Assembly (NCBI RefSeq): GCF_001194135.2
Contig: NC_068988.1
Coordinates: 10,384,554 to 10,422,057 of the forward strand
Source: Octopus bimaculoides
Lineage: Eukaryota
Reading direction: 5' to 3'
Length of the DNA: 37,504 nt
Within the stretch, counting starts at the first letter, position 1. Each line of letters starts with the position of its first letter. Positions 1 through 11,611 of this stretch are shown in pieces. The notes under the pieces were generated by a model that worked only from the letters and a program-made list of their open reading frames with translations, was not told the DNA's origin and did no database searches. The position numbers were made by a program, and so were the translations under genes.

Positions 1-899
1 GTATATATATACATATATATGTATGTATGTATATATGTATGTACATATGTGTACTTTTGCACGATTTTACATTTACATTAATGGATATGCACTTATACAA
101 AACATTTTAAACAAAATGAGATCGAGAGTTAAATCGGTGAGTTAATGAAGTGTGTGAACAAGTATATTTCCGCCTATTCTGCTCCGTTATTTTTACGTAC
201 TTGTCGCAACAGGAAATACATTGAAGCAGTGCTATGTATTTTGGAAACCGAGGAACAAACATCAGATTTTAGCAAAAACGTTAAACGAAATAAAATTTTT
301 AAAAAATCTACATTCAATAAAGAATGGCGCTGCATTCATACCGATTTTTTTTTTTGTTTCTTTTTACATTTGTTCGAGATAAATGCACCTCTACACATTT
401 TGAAAAATTGGGTCACGATAATTTGAAAACGAGGAAGTTATCATCAACGCCCCATGTGGGAAAAGCAAATTTTTAGAGTTTTACAGAGAATTATTCATAA
501 AATATTGCGATGTACGTGCGTCTTCTCAACACGACTATCCAACTAATTTAAATAAAATATATTTAAAACTTACATTTGAATTCACGCACATATTCCACCT
601 TTATTTCTATTCATGACAGTTTTAATCGCATAACTTTCCTATAACATGGACGAAGCAATTCCAGGTGCCTAATATATATGAATTGCAGAGAACCACATAA
701 TCTAAATATATTATTTGTAATGAAATTCATTTATTATTATTGTTTACTGCAAGCAACATATATAGTAATTAAATAGCCAGCTTACATGATGGATAATATT
801 AAATTCAATTCAGCGCCACTGAAGTAAATATCGATCAAAATTTCGACCTCAATATTATAATTACAATATAACATATAATACTATATATCTATGTGTGGG

Positions 900-935
<36 letters not shown>

Positions 936-1084
936 NNNNNNNNNNNNNNNNNNNNNNNNNNNNNNNNNNNNNNNNNNNNNNNNNNNNNNNNNNNNNNNNN
1001 GGAAAAATAATTTTAAACATATCATTTAATAATGGCTGTTAAATTTTAAACGCACACGCATGTACACACGCAGAAATAAGCACA

Positions 1085-1181
1085 CATACTCACACATTAC
1101 ACGTATATATATGTGTGTGTGTGTGTGTGTTTGTGCGTGTGCTTGTGTTTGTGTGTGTGAGTGTATGTATATATGCATATA

Positions 1182-1225
<44 letters not shown>

Positions 1226-1290
1226 CATGTATGTATGTTTGTTTATTTGTTTGTTTGTTTGTATGTATGGATGGATGTATGTATGTATAT
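1085..1290. repeat. Compound microsatellite (GT)n/(AT)n/(GTTT)n/(GTAT)n
   Basis: Seen directly; it explains ORFs 1060..1314 and 1115..1300. Confidence 0.95.
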
Positions 1291-1619
1291 GATATGCTAA
1301 CTATGAAATTATAAACGGATGTAGGATAATTTTCATTGAAAAATTGATAATAAAGTGCACATCGCTGAAATTTATTGCTACATTTAGATTTAATTTTATA
1401 TTCTGAATGACGGGTTAACAGAAACGTGCATTCTATATATTCGTATCATAAGAGCTGTTTTAAAGAGGTTCCAATTCCATGTAGGTGTGAGAATAGTTGA
1501 AATTGGAAAACGTCTCTTTCGGTTTCGGTGTATCTTCATTTATTGTCTTCCTCTATTGCCTTAGCTAGTATTTCTGAATGAGCCGGATAGTACCATTCTC
1601 TTCTACATCAACGTTATCC

Positions 1620-1850
1620 TTGTCATCATCATCATCATGATTATCATCGTCATTACCATCATCGGCACCTCCAATAACCTGAACATGTTCAGCATCCTCA
1701 TCCCCATCATGATAAACGACTCATATCATCATCATTATCACCATCATCTTGAAACCAGCCCTTTCGAGTTGGTATGATAAAGAAGTTGCCTTTACCTACC
1801 GTCATCATTAGCGTTATCATCAACACCATTACCACCACCATCATGGTATT
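1620..1850. repeat. Degenerate (CAT)n low-complexity tract
   Basis: Runs of catcatcat/caccaccac/cattat; the minus strand reads Asp-rich or Met/Val-rich depending on frame. Confidence 0.8.
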
Positions 1851-2032
1851 AAGGAAGAATGTGCACGAGATGAAGAATGGGTATTTGTTTCGCGTTACGA
1901 TATTAGATTCCTCTGCCTTTCTTGCCTTACGATTTATAATAGCGGTGTCAAAGCTAGTGAGTATCTCATATTTTCTTCCCAATGCCTGTGTTTTCCCATC
2001 GACATTCGTGGCGTGTTGCCAATGATATGAAT
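1707..2032 (-). CDS. Possible terminal exon-like segment (SYHWQHATNVDGKTQALGRKYEILTSFDTAIINRKARKAEE...SRLS*), product unknown
   Basis: Acceptor-like ctatctag then about 108 open codons to TGA at 1709-1707. The second half comes from the degenerate (GAT)n tract, so it may be chance. Confidence 0.15.
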
Positions 2033-3359
2033 CTAGATAGACAATAGATCAAATAAAAATAAATAGAAACTGAAGAAGAAAGGAATGTAGAAGACAAACA
2101 TGACTGAAATAAATATAAACAGTGAAATGTGAACCAGAATCTAAAATAAAATAAAAAGTGAGTTCAAGATAGTGACCGTAAAAAAAAATAGGAAACTCAA
2201 TATGATATCGTACGACATAATCAAGAAAAAATTAAGCGAAGCTTTCGAAAGTCATATTAGTATGGTAGACATTGTTTTATAAAGTTTAGACAGTGTTTGT
2301 GTGAATGTTTCATGTTATTCATGGCTTCTCATATTTTAAGATACACTTAAGAGACTGAGAATAATGCATACGTTACAGAACCAAGCATATTTATAAATAA
2401 AAATATAAAATACAGCGTGTTCTTATGTATATATATATATATATATATNNNNNNNNNNNNNNNNNNNNNNNNNNNNNNNNNNNNNNNNNNNNNNNNNNNN
2501 NNNNNNNNNNNNNNNNNNNNNNNNNNNNNNNNNNNNNNNNNNNNNNNNNNNNNNNNNNNNNNNNNNNNNNNNNNNNNNNNNNNNNNNNNNNNNNNNNNNN
2601 NNNNNNNNNNNNNNNNNNNNNNNNNNNNNNNNNNNNNNNNNNNNNNNNNNNNNNNNNNNNNNNNNNNNNNNNNNNNNNNNNNNNNNNNNNNNNNNNNNNN
2701 NNNNNNNNNNNNNNNNNNNNNNNNNNNNNNNNNNNNNNNNNNNNNNNNNNNNNNNNNNNNNNNNNNNNNNNNNNNNNNNNNNNNNNNNNNNNNNNNNNNN
2801 NNNNNNNNNNNNNNNNNNNNNNNNNNNNNNNNNNNNNAAAGAAGATACAGCTGAAACATATCTGTAGTGGGAATATAGAGTCAGTACAAGGTGTTGATGT
2901 GGCTGCGTGTATGTTATTATAATAGTTCATAAAGAGATAAAGGATAAATTCAAGACCATGAATTCTAAAAGATTTACATATAATAATTATAGGATTTGAG
3001 GCACTTTATAATGGTTTTCTGAGGTATGAGAATGCAAAGGAGACAGAAGAAAGTAAAGAATAGATGATAAATATATCTGAAATTTATTAGGTAATTTGTC
3101 AAAGGGTAAACATGAATAAGAGAATTGCTGGGGGGAAAGTAAATGAAGACCATTTTGTTGCTTGTATATCGTCTATTCTTCATTAATAATGCGTTGATTA
3201 AGGAGAAACAAAAGAGAAATCAATTTCTGTTTTTCCTCTCTGGGGCTTCCTATTTAAACCTATGTTGAATGAGATGATTAACTATGGGAAAGTACATGTT
3301 TGAGGGATATTATTTAGCCGGCATTTAAAAGATTGCATATTAACAGTACTTCAATATCG

Positions 3360-3502
3360 TTTTACTACTATCGATATTTGTCTGTATATCCGAAAACAAA
3401 AATGTATATAATAAAATCTAAATAGACTAATATATAATTATAGATAATTACATATTTTATGCAATCTACTTTTTCCTATCATGCTTGTATTTACAAACGA
3501 TA
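3360..3502 (+). repeat. ~145-bp dispersed repeat, copy A (pairs with 8204-8346)
   Basis: ttactactatcgatatttgtctgtatatccgaaaa...tctaaatagactaa...gcaatctacttttt..atcatgcttgt..tta.aaacgat is found at both sites, roughly 85-90% identical by eye. Confidence 0.9.
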
Positions 3503-3827
3503 TTTAATGAATTATATATCAATGTAAATATACAGAATTAAAATATACATAAGAAATTTATCGAAATTATTCTCGTACGGAGATGGTATATCATGAATGA
3601 AAAGTTTACCATATTTAGCATTTTTATTCTAGGGATTGATTGGAATGTGTTTGTTCTTAGGACGTATACCTGAGAATAGTAAACGGGAGTTATTTATTTA
3701 CGTCTTTACTTGTCCCTATTAATAGTACAAGATTTTGTAAAGGATCAAACAATGCCATTCGTATCCTTAAACATTTATATAATTTGATAATGTTCATGTG
3801 TGTTTGTGTGTGTGTATGTGTGTGTGA

Positions 3828-3859
<32 letters not shown>

Positions 3860-3948
3860 TTAGATTATATATATGTAAGTATATTCATACATATACATAT
3901 ATGTGTTTACAAATATAGCATATAGATAAATTAGTACGTAGCTAGGAA

Positions 3949-3966
3949 GGTAGATAGGTAGATAGG

Positions 3967-4021
<55 letters not shown>

Positions 4022-4022
4022 G

Positions 4023-4072
<50 letters not shown>

Positions 4073-4145
4073 CATAGATAGATAGATAGATAGATTGATA
4101 GACAGATATAAAGATAGATAGATAGATAGACAGAGAGATAGATTG
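3949..4145. repeat. (AGAT)n tetranucleotide microsatellite with AGGT/AGAC variants
   Basis: Seen directly; source of the SIYLSIYL ORFs 3860..4384 and 3942..4286. Confidence 0.97.
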
Positions 4146-4292
4146 CCAGGTAGACAGAAAAACAAACATATAAATAGATAGATACACGTATAGATACACG
4201 TAGATGTTTGAGGGCATATAAACATATATATATATAAAGGATTCATTTGTATACGTCTTTGAATCCGCGTGTTTGTGTTTGACCATACATAA

Positions 4293-5663
4293 AGTATTAT
4301 TTGTTGGCTGGAAATATTACTTTGGAAACAGCTCAAGTGGATAGCATATTCAAAGAAACGAGTAATGGACGACTCAAAAGTCATGGATGAAATGAATTAG
4401 AAGTTTGAACATTCTTACAATGTTTTGATGTCAATGCAATCTGATAATCGATATACGACCAGTGAAATGACCACTTACATTGAGAAATTACGTTTAAGTT
4501 GTCAAGATAATGACATCAGCGTTTCTAATATTTCACCCATAAATTCGGTCAACCTAACTGTGCCATCTTTGATATCAGCATTATCGGGAAATTCTATATG
4601 TATTCAATCTCTGATAGTTATAAGAAATGAAATTAGAAATACTATGCAATGTTTATTGATACATGTGAACCCTGACCGGCATAGTAAAACATGCTATTCT
4701 GTTGGCAAACATTTAGTTGGAATTTCTGTTGAAGATTTAGGTATGCATTTCAGTGTCAAACATGACATTCTGACATGAAAATATACCACTGTTTGCTAAA
4801 TTTATTGAAAACGCTAATACAAATATAAAATGTCCGTCTGAAAAGTTTTCCCGTTTTAAACGACGTAAAACTTTTGATGTCAGCTATTTGAGAGACGTGC
4901 ATGAAAATATTTGCAACTTGAATTTCAATAAACAGTGGTGGCTGACGTTTACAGAGCAGTTTCAGTGTTTAGTCAGCGGAAAATTACATAGATTGTGAGA
5001 CAGTTTTGTATCCAGTGAAGCAGACATATACTGAAATGGCAGATCTGAACAGCGAAATCATAAAACCCGCATTTCAATATCATCATGGCAACGAAATAAT
5101 AGGTTTACGAGACATTTCACCAAATTTCGATGCCAACCTACATAATAGTTCTGAGCAAAAAATAAATATATATCATTATACCAGACATCCTCGGGGAAAT
5201 GGAACGCATACAAATTATGAATGTATCCGATAAAGTTCAGCGAAACATAAATTCTATCAGCAAATATAGATCCCATCTGTCTATCTTCTGTCAATGTAGC
5301 AATCCATTCAAATACATTCATTTAACGGAGTGCATTGATGAGAGTTATAACAATAATACTCATTATTTTAATTACTATTTAACGGAGGAAAGGATAAACG
5401 CAATGCTAGAATAAATTTAAATTTTGGTTTATTATACACAACAGATTATGAATCACTTGCAAAGATTATGTTTCCATTATGATGGAATATATATAAACCA
5501 ATATTACCAGAAGAAAAACCCATTCAATACAAGAAACAAGCGATTAAATGACCATAATGAAACAAATACTTGCGTGAACGAGAAATGTTCGGAGTTAATC
5601 AGAATTATAAGCATAAGAATCTCTGCAGAAATACCCATCTATTACTTTATGGTAATTATGTAA
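4293..5663 (+). pseudogene. Decayed coding-like tract (five consecutive frameshifted ORF pieces), family unidentified
   Basis: Same-strand open frames of about 70-126 codons tile the region: 4401-4778, ~4774-4998, 5006-5233, 5199-5414, 5424-5663. The sequence is non-repetitive and the peptides carry many N-x-S/T sequons. Confidence 0.4.
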
Positions 5664-5763
5664 ACGTTTAGAATTGTACTCAATCTCAATTGTTTAAATT
5701 GTTTTCCATCTTATAAGCATTCTATTATTATTGTAAAACATTTGTTTTGGAAGTTCAACATAC

Positions 5764-5894
5764 CTCGACCTACAACAAACATCCTGATATTTGCAGTATG
5801 TCGGTGGTACGTTCTTCCTGTTAACACAGCTTCAGTTGCATCACGAAAGTTTGCTTTTCTATATAATCCCTCCTTCACTATCTCCATTTTCAGC
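5764..5894 (-). CDS. Candidate internal exon (LKMEIVKEGLYRKANFRDATEAVLTGRTYHRHTANIRMFVVGR), product unknown
   Basis: Strong donor CGAG|gtatgt and an open frame, but the acceptor (agagaaagcag) lacks a polypyrimidine tract. Confidence 0.2.
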
Positions 5895-6544
5895 CTGCTT
5901 TCTCTCTGTGTGTTTGTATGTATATATATGTAAATGCACATGTGTGTATATGTGTATATGATGGGTATCGCAACGTAATCTATTTTCAAGCAAATAGCCT
6001 AATATCATACCAGAAATACGTGGCAAATATTCAGCATAGATTTTAATGATCGAGACTTTAATATGGCTATACGCTCTATGTGTATATGCTCTATCTGATA
6101 GCTCATGAGTTTAGCAAGCTGCATAATCGTCATTAAATGCTATACGAATGTTGTGATGACAACAATGCAGCACATGCAAGAGAAAAATCTGTGTGCTACA
6201 GACATCATGATAATATCAATGTTCAGAATTGCAAAGGTGATTTGGCAAATCTAAAAACGGCGATTTCGATCTTTTACATGTGTATGAATCAGGAAAAGCT
6301 AGTTTTCTCAAAAACGAAGCAGCATAAGCGGAAATTATTGGGCACACACTTCAAGGTATGGGGAAATTTACACAGGTGACTTCGGTGCATTGTGCACGAT
6401 CATACAAAGCCGACGTAAATAGAGAAAGCCGGTGCATCCAATGTTATGTATAGATATTTATTTGTATTTGGCCATTTCTACATAATGTATATGAGCCTAC
6501 GAAACATGGAGTAGTATGGAAAACGAATCAAAACGATTTGAATA

Positions 6545-6576
<32 letters not shown>

Positions 6577-6784
6577 TATTCAAAGATGACGTCCTTTACA
6601 AGTGTGTCAAACTTCTTTTTTCCGACCGATAGGCATTGTCATCCTCCTTATTAAAAATGTAATAGTGCAGACTTGAAATTTTTTGGAATATTTAATAGTA
6701 TTCTCCTAATAGAAAAAAAAGTGAAAGATGTAATAATTGTTTAACATAATGTTCACAACATAATTGCAAATAATTGCAGCTTCG

Positions 6785-6965
6785 GGGAGGTGGTGATGAA
6801 TCGATTAACATTGACCCCAATGTTCAACTGGTATTTATTCTATCGACCAAGAAACGATAAAAGGAAAAGTCTACCTCGTTGCAATCTGAACCCAGATTGT
6901 AGCCACGGACGAAATACCGCTTGCATTTTGTCCAGCGTGCTAAGGAGTCTGCCGACACGCCGCCT
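6785..6965 (-). mobile_element. SINE family A copy (tRNA-like head)
   Basis: The reverse complement reads ggcggcgtgtcggcagactccttagcacgctggacaaaatgc..gcggtatttcgtcc..gaggtagactttt..ggtcgatagaataaataccagttgaacattggggtcaatg, homologous to the other family A copies. Confidence 0.85.
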
Positions 6966-8062
6966 CAATGAAAAACGCTATAATGAAGAGAAATATTCTG
7001 TTTTTTAAACGACTTCTATCGTCAGGATTTTATGTGAAATTTGTTTTTAGTGAAAAACTATGTATGGTGTAATACAGATGAATATACATGTAGGAATGCT
7101 TAGGTGGGATGACCTTCATGCATTGGCCGGCGTAATCATTTGACATTTAATTTTTATTTTTTCTTCGCCTGTGTTTGCGCTGTCATACAGTACAAATCTA
7201 TATTTTATGTTCAGTATCGTATAAATATTTCTATTATAGTATTAGTCTTTTATAGAGCGTAAAACTAAGAAATACACATTTTATTACACCTTACTTATCG
7301 TGGCGGCCTATATACAACAATTCCTTATTTAAATTCATTCTCGGAGCTAAGTTGCAGTAAATTCGAAATCTAATGGTAATATTTAATGGTATTTAACTGT
7401 AGGGTTTTCAGGAGAAAGTGAAATTTATAACACTTAGACTTAAATAACACGCGTCTCTCAACTTCACTCTAAATTGAAATGCGTCGGGGCCTTCATAGAT
7501 TTCTGTTCTGCTGCATCCGATAAAATAAATCCTAGACCGTACATCATTTATCTCAATCAATTTTATTCCCCACACTGCTAAACGAATTCTAAGGCAAACT
7601 AAAAGATCGATACTTTATTTGATGTGTACTGCACCAAAAACGGTTTTTGTTTTACATATAATGAAATAAACATTTTATTTATTACAGTAAATATGAATCG
7701 ATTTTGTTTCATGTGATTTACAATTTTGTATACTATGTATCTGAAAGGTTTTGCTGTTTCTCATATAATATTTCCCCTTTTCTTTTGAGAACTTCCCTGA
7801 ATTAAAAGAAGAAAGTATTAAATTAAATTTATGTTGGCAAACATTGTATTGGGTATTGATAAATGATTGCCACAGGTCAGCATTGATCGTGCACTATTCT
7901 AGAGATCAAATGAACCCCTATGCTGCACAGTGTGACAGTCTAGACAAATTGCACTGTCTCCACTGTTCCATGCTTTTATGTGCACCCACAATTTCCTGTT
8001 GAACGCAGAATCAATATAACCTTTTTCAACACAAAATAATTCATATTTTCGAACTTATAAAT

Positions 8063-8198
8063 GCGCGAGCCGCCAGAAACGTTCGCATCTCGGGCGAAAT
8101 GCCTAGCAATATTTCGGCTGTCTTTACGTTTTGAGTTCAAACTCTGCCGAAGTCGACTTTGCCTTCCATTCTTTCGGGGTCGATAAATTAAGTTCCAA
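8063..8198 (+). mobile_element. SINE family A copy, 3'-truncated
   Basis: gcgagccgccagaaacgttcgcatctcgggcgaaatgcctagc..gagttcaaactctgccgaagtcgactttgccttccattctttcggggtcgataaattaagttcca. Confidence 0.88.
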
Positions 8199-8203
8199 TA
8201 CCC

Positions 8204-8346
8204 TTTTACTACCTATCGATATTCGTCTGTATATCCGAAAAAATCATGTATATAATAAAATCTAAATAGACTAAAATATAATTATAGATGATTACATATT
8301 TTACGCAATCTACTTTTTACCATCATGCTTGTGTTTAGAAACGATT
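8204..8346 (+). repeat. ~145-bp dispersed repeat, copy B (pairs with 3360-3502)
   Basis: Direct alignment to 3360-3502; it starts right after the truncated SINE. Confidence 0.9.
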
Positions 8347-9524
8347 TGTAAATACAAATTTACTCTTTTGATTTTTATTATCATCAATCTATTTGGTATT
8401 TTTATAACTTTTTTTTTTCCATTTGGATCTAGATGTTTTTGTATCAAATGGATGATAAATATAGAAAATGGAAACAATGGGAAACTACAGGTGATCCAGC
8501 ACTTCTCACGGTTTTACTCATCTGATAGCGGGCGAGTACACAGGTAGTGCTGGAACATATTTATGTAATATTTTTTAGTACATGTATAATATATGAAAGA
8601 AGCAGCACCTAATGCTGTTAAAGATGCACAGCAACAACTGTTGTGGCTTGGATTCAGCCTGTTCATTTTATCTTCTTGCACAATAATTTTTGCGTATGAA
8701 TTATGTGTACGCTAAAAGTTCTTCACATGTATATCTAGCAAAATGTGTATTCCTGCTCTATGAGCATTGACATTGAATTTAAATGATGTTTATTACACAC
8801 ATGCACACACACACATACATATATATATATATGCATACACATAAATACATACTTATATACATGCATGCATACATATACATAATATACAGGCTTATGTGTG
8901 AGTGTATGGACATTGCCTATTTTACGATATAAATAATGCTGCTTTACTTAATAGATATACAGTATGTGAGATGGGAATTTATGGACATGAATATATTTAA
9001 ATTGAAACACTTAATCGGTTTCTTTTCCCAAAATTTGAATTTTTGAGCTATATAAGTATTATGAATATATTTAAACCTAAATTTTAATTGCATGAAAATA
9101 ATAATAGGAAGAAAAGAATTTTTGATTTAGCAAAAATAAAAATAGAAAATCAGGTCGTAAGGAATGCGATTGCCTTAAGTGTATTCAAAACTGTGAATGC
9201 GTACAATAATGTAGAGTATTCCTAGGTAGCCGTTCATCTTCTAGTTTTTTTTTTTTCAATCTCATATCTGCTGATACTGTTTGAAACCTATAGAATTCTG
9301 TATGAATGAAACAAACTGGGAGACATCTAAATTCTAATTCGCTGTTATTCTTAACATTTCCATAAATAATTTCCTAAACCACTACAAACACCACATAACT
9401 TGAAACGCTTGACAACAATCGTTTCTTCTTCTGAAAGCCCACGATTTTTTTTCATGTTCCGATACAATTCATAATTGCAAAATTTGACTTTCATTCTACG
9501 ATGGTATTAGAATGATTATCTGTT

Positions 9525-9770
9525 AATTGTAGGTATCCGTCGGTCTCGAGAGGCCATGGATCTGCGCCCAGAGAGCTGTTAGCTGTTAGCTGCTGGTGGT
9601 GCAGCCTCTGTTGTGGCTGCACAAGCCCACACGGGAGTGGTAGTCACACAGACAGCGACAGCATTTGAAGGAGCTCTCTGCCGTTGCTGCTGATTTTTCT
9701 TCCTTCGAGTGCGCTTTTCTTTGATGGCGAGTACCTGGTTTCCTTCCGCTCTCTTCATTACTTTTCGCAG
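9525..9770 (-). mobile_element. RTE-clade non-LTR retrotransposon (LINE) 3' end, 5'-truncated
   Basis: The minus strand encodes ...KEKRTRRKK[fs]AESSFKCCRCLCDYHSRVGLCSHNRGCTTSS* (stop at 9588-9586). This resembles the RTE ORF2 C-terminal motif F-x-C-x2-C-x-R-x-C-H-S-R-I-G-L-x-S-H. It is followed by an RTE-type 3' tail, ccatggcctctcgagaccgacggatacc. Confidence 0.85.
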
Positions 9771-9776
9771 TATTTA

Positions 9777-9876
9777 CCTTCAGTGTAGTATTCCTTCAGT
9801 GTAGTATTCCTTCAGTGTAGTTAGTATTCCTTCAGTGTTGTATTCCTTCAGTGTAGTATTCCTTCAGTGTAGTATT
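9777..9876. repeat. 16-bp minisatellite (CCTTCAGTGTAGTATT) x6
   Basis: Units start at 9777, 9793, 9809 (20 bp, internal 4-bp duplication), 9829 (one substitution), 9845 and 9861. Confidence 0.97.
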
Positions 9877-10613
9877 TTCGCAGTAGTTTCCTTCATTTGC
9901 AACCGCACCTCATCTCAGGACGTCCAGAAAAATCGACTTCATATTTCTCTCACAAACATATTGAAACGAAGATGAGGTCGTACAGTAGGTTTTATCTCAA
10001 TCAACTTTTTCTCCAAACCCCATACAATAGCTTTTTAGGGATCCTTCCGTCTGGCCTACGATGACCATAACCTCGCCTGCGCAAACGTCGCTGCTACTGC
10101 TGCTGTTATGAGTTATTTCATCATTATAAATTCAAGAAATTTGGTTCTCCAAAATCTGAACCCGTCTATCTTTGATAATTGGTTGCAGTGATGTTGTCAC
10201 TTTAAGTATCTTATTCATAGGGATTTTGCTAGTTTTACTCCGACATATCTGTTTATAATTTAGTGCTAGGTTTTCCATAATCAAGTGTATGTTTTCATCA
10301 ATTCTTCCACTATGCAATGTGTCAGCATGAAGAACTCAAACAGTGTTTTCGTGCGTGGTATATACTTCACAATTTCATGTCGTTATCTCCATTCACATTT
10401 AGAGCATTCTCCCGACGGTTTCTACTAAGATCCTCAACAACAGCTCTAAAACACTTTTTTGAATCTTCTCTTATTCGATTTGTGTAACTGGTTACATGTA
10501 TTAAATTACGTTAAAAAAGTTGTTTCAAAGTGAAAATTATGCATCGTTACCGTATACGTATAGAAACCTAAAACAGAAAATAGAAAATTTAAACTGTTTT
10601 GGCATTGACAAAC

Positions 10614-10760
10614 CATTATTCTTGAAATAAGCGCCTACCAAAGGAACCACCTTCTTAAAATCCAATCCTTTTATTATTTCTGTTGTTTCACCGCCGAGTT
10701 CTCGTATTTGATCATTGTGATTGTTATCGATTTTCATTTTATGATGGAACAATTCACACC
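10614..10760 (-). CDS. Candidate symmetric phase-1 exon (GCELFHHKMKIDNNHNDQIRELGGETTEIIKGLDFKKVVPLVGAYFKNN), product unknown
   Basis: 147 nt, open, acceptor aacagcag| and donor AATG|gtttgt. It could instead be part of a decayed contiguous ORF. Confidence 0.25.
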
Positions 10761-10907
10761 CTGCTGTTAAGTATTGAATTCATTGCTCGATTAATATACA
10801 CATAGATACACGTACGTACTCAAACACACAAGCACACACACACACACGAACAAACACACACATGTGTGGATGATATACACATTGTCTTATAATGTATGTC
10901 CCACTTA

Positions 10908-11120
10908 GCGGCGAGCTGGCAGAAATGTTAGGACTTCGGGTGAAATGCTTAGAAGTATTTTACCTGCCTTTACGTTCTGAGTTCAAATTTCGCCGCGGTC
11001 GACTCGCCTTTCATCCTTTCGGGGTCGAGAAATTAAGTACCATTTGCGTGTTGACGTCCATCTTATCGACTGGCCCCCACCCCTAAAATTTCAGGGCTTG
11101 TGCCTAGATTAGAAAAGAAT
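10908..11120 (+). mobile_element. SINE family A copy, near full length
   Basis: gcggcgagctggcagaaatgttagg..gtgaaatgcttag..gttctgagttcaaatttcgccgcggtcgactcgcctttcatcctttcggggtcgagaaattaagtacc..ccccaccccctaaaatttcagggcttgtgccta. Confidence 0.92.
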
Positions 11121-11534
11121 ATATATCTCCCTTAGGGTATGGAAATAATGCGATGCACATCAGGATACTCATATATAAAAAAAAAACTACGCGTAGTGTC
11201 GAATGTACATTTACAATGCAGCAGTTCTTGTTACCAAATATTTGTGTAATTTTTATATACTTTGTCGTAAAAATTACATAATTTGAATAAACACAGGTTC
11301 GTGGAAATAATAAANNNNNNNNNNNNNNNNNNNNNNNNNNNNNNNNNNNNNNNNNNNNNNNNNNNNNNNNNNNNNNNNNNNNNNNNNNNNNNNNNNNNNN
11401 NNNNNNNNNNNNNNNNNNNNNNNNNNNNNNNNNNNNNNNNNNNNNNNNNNNNNNNNNNNNNNNNNNNNNNNNNNNNNNNNNNNNNNNNNNNNNNNNNNNN
11501 NNNNNNNNNNNNNNNNNNNNNNNNNNNAATTGCT

Positions 11535-11576
<42 letters not shown>

Positions 11577-11611
11577 TGTGTGTATGTGTGTGTGTGTGTG
11601 TGCGTGTGTGC

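Noticed and set aside
6137-6480. Cys-rich peptides (CSTCKRKIC) suggesting a piggyBac C-terminal domain or zinc finger
   Set aside because: Cys spacing is incomplete, the frames are broken by stops, and no transposase motif lies nearby.
9777-9876. Regular short repeats resembling a CRISPR array
   Set aside because: The units are contiguous with no spacers, there are no cas genes, and the context is eukaryotic.
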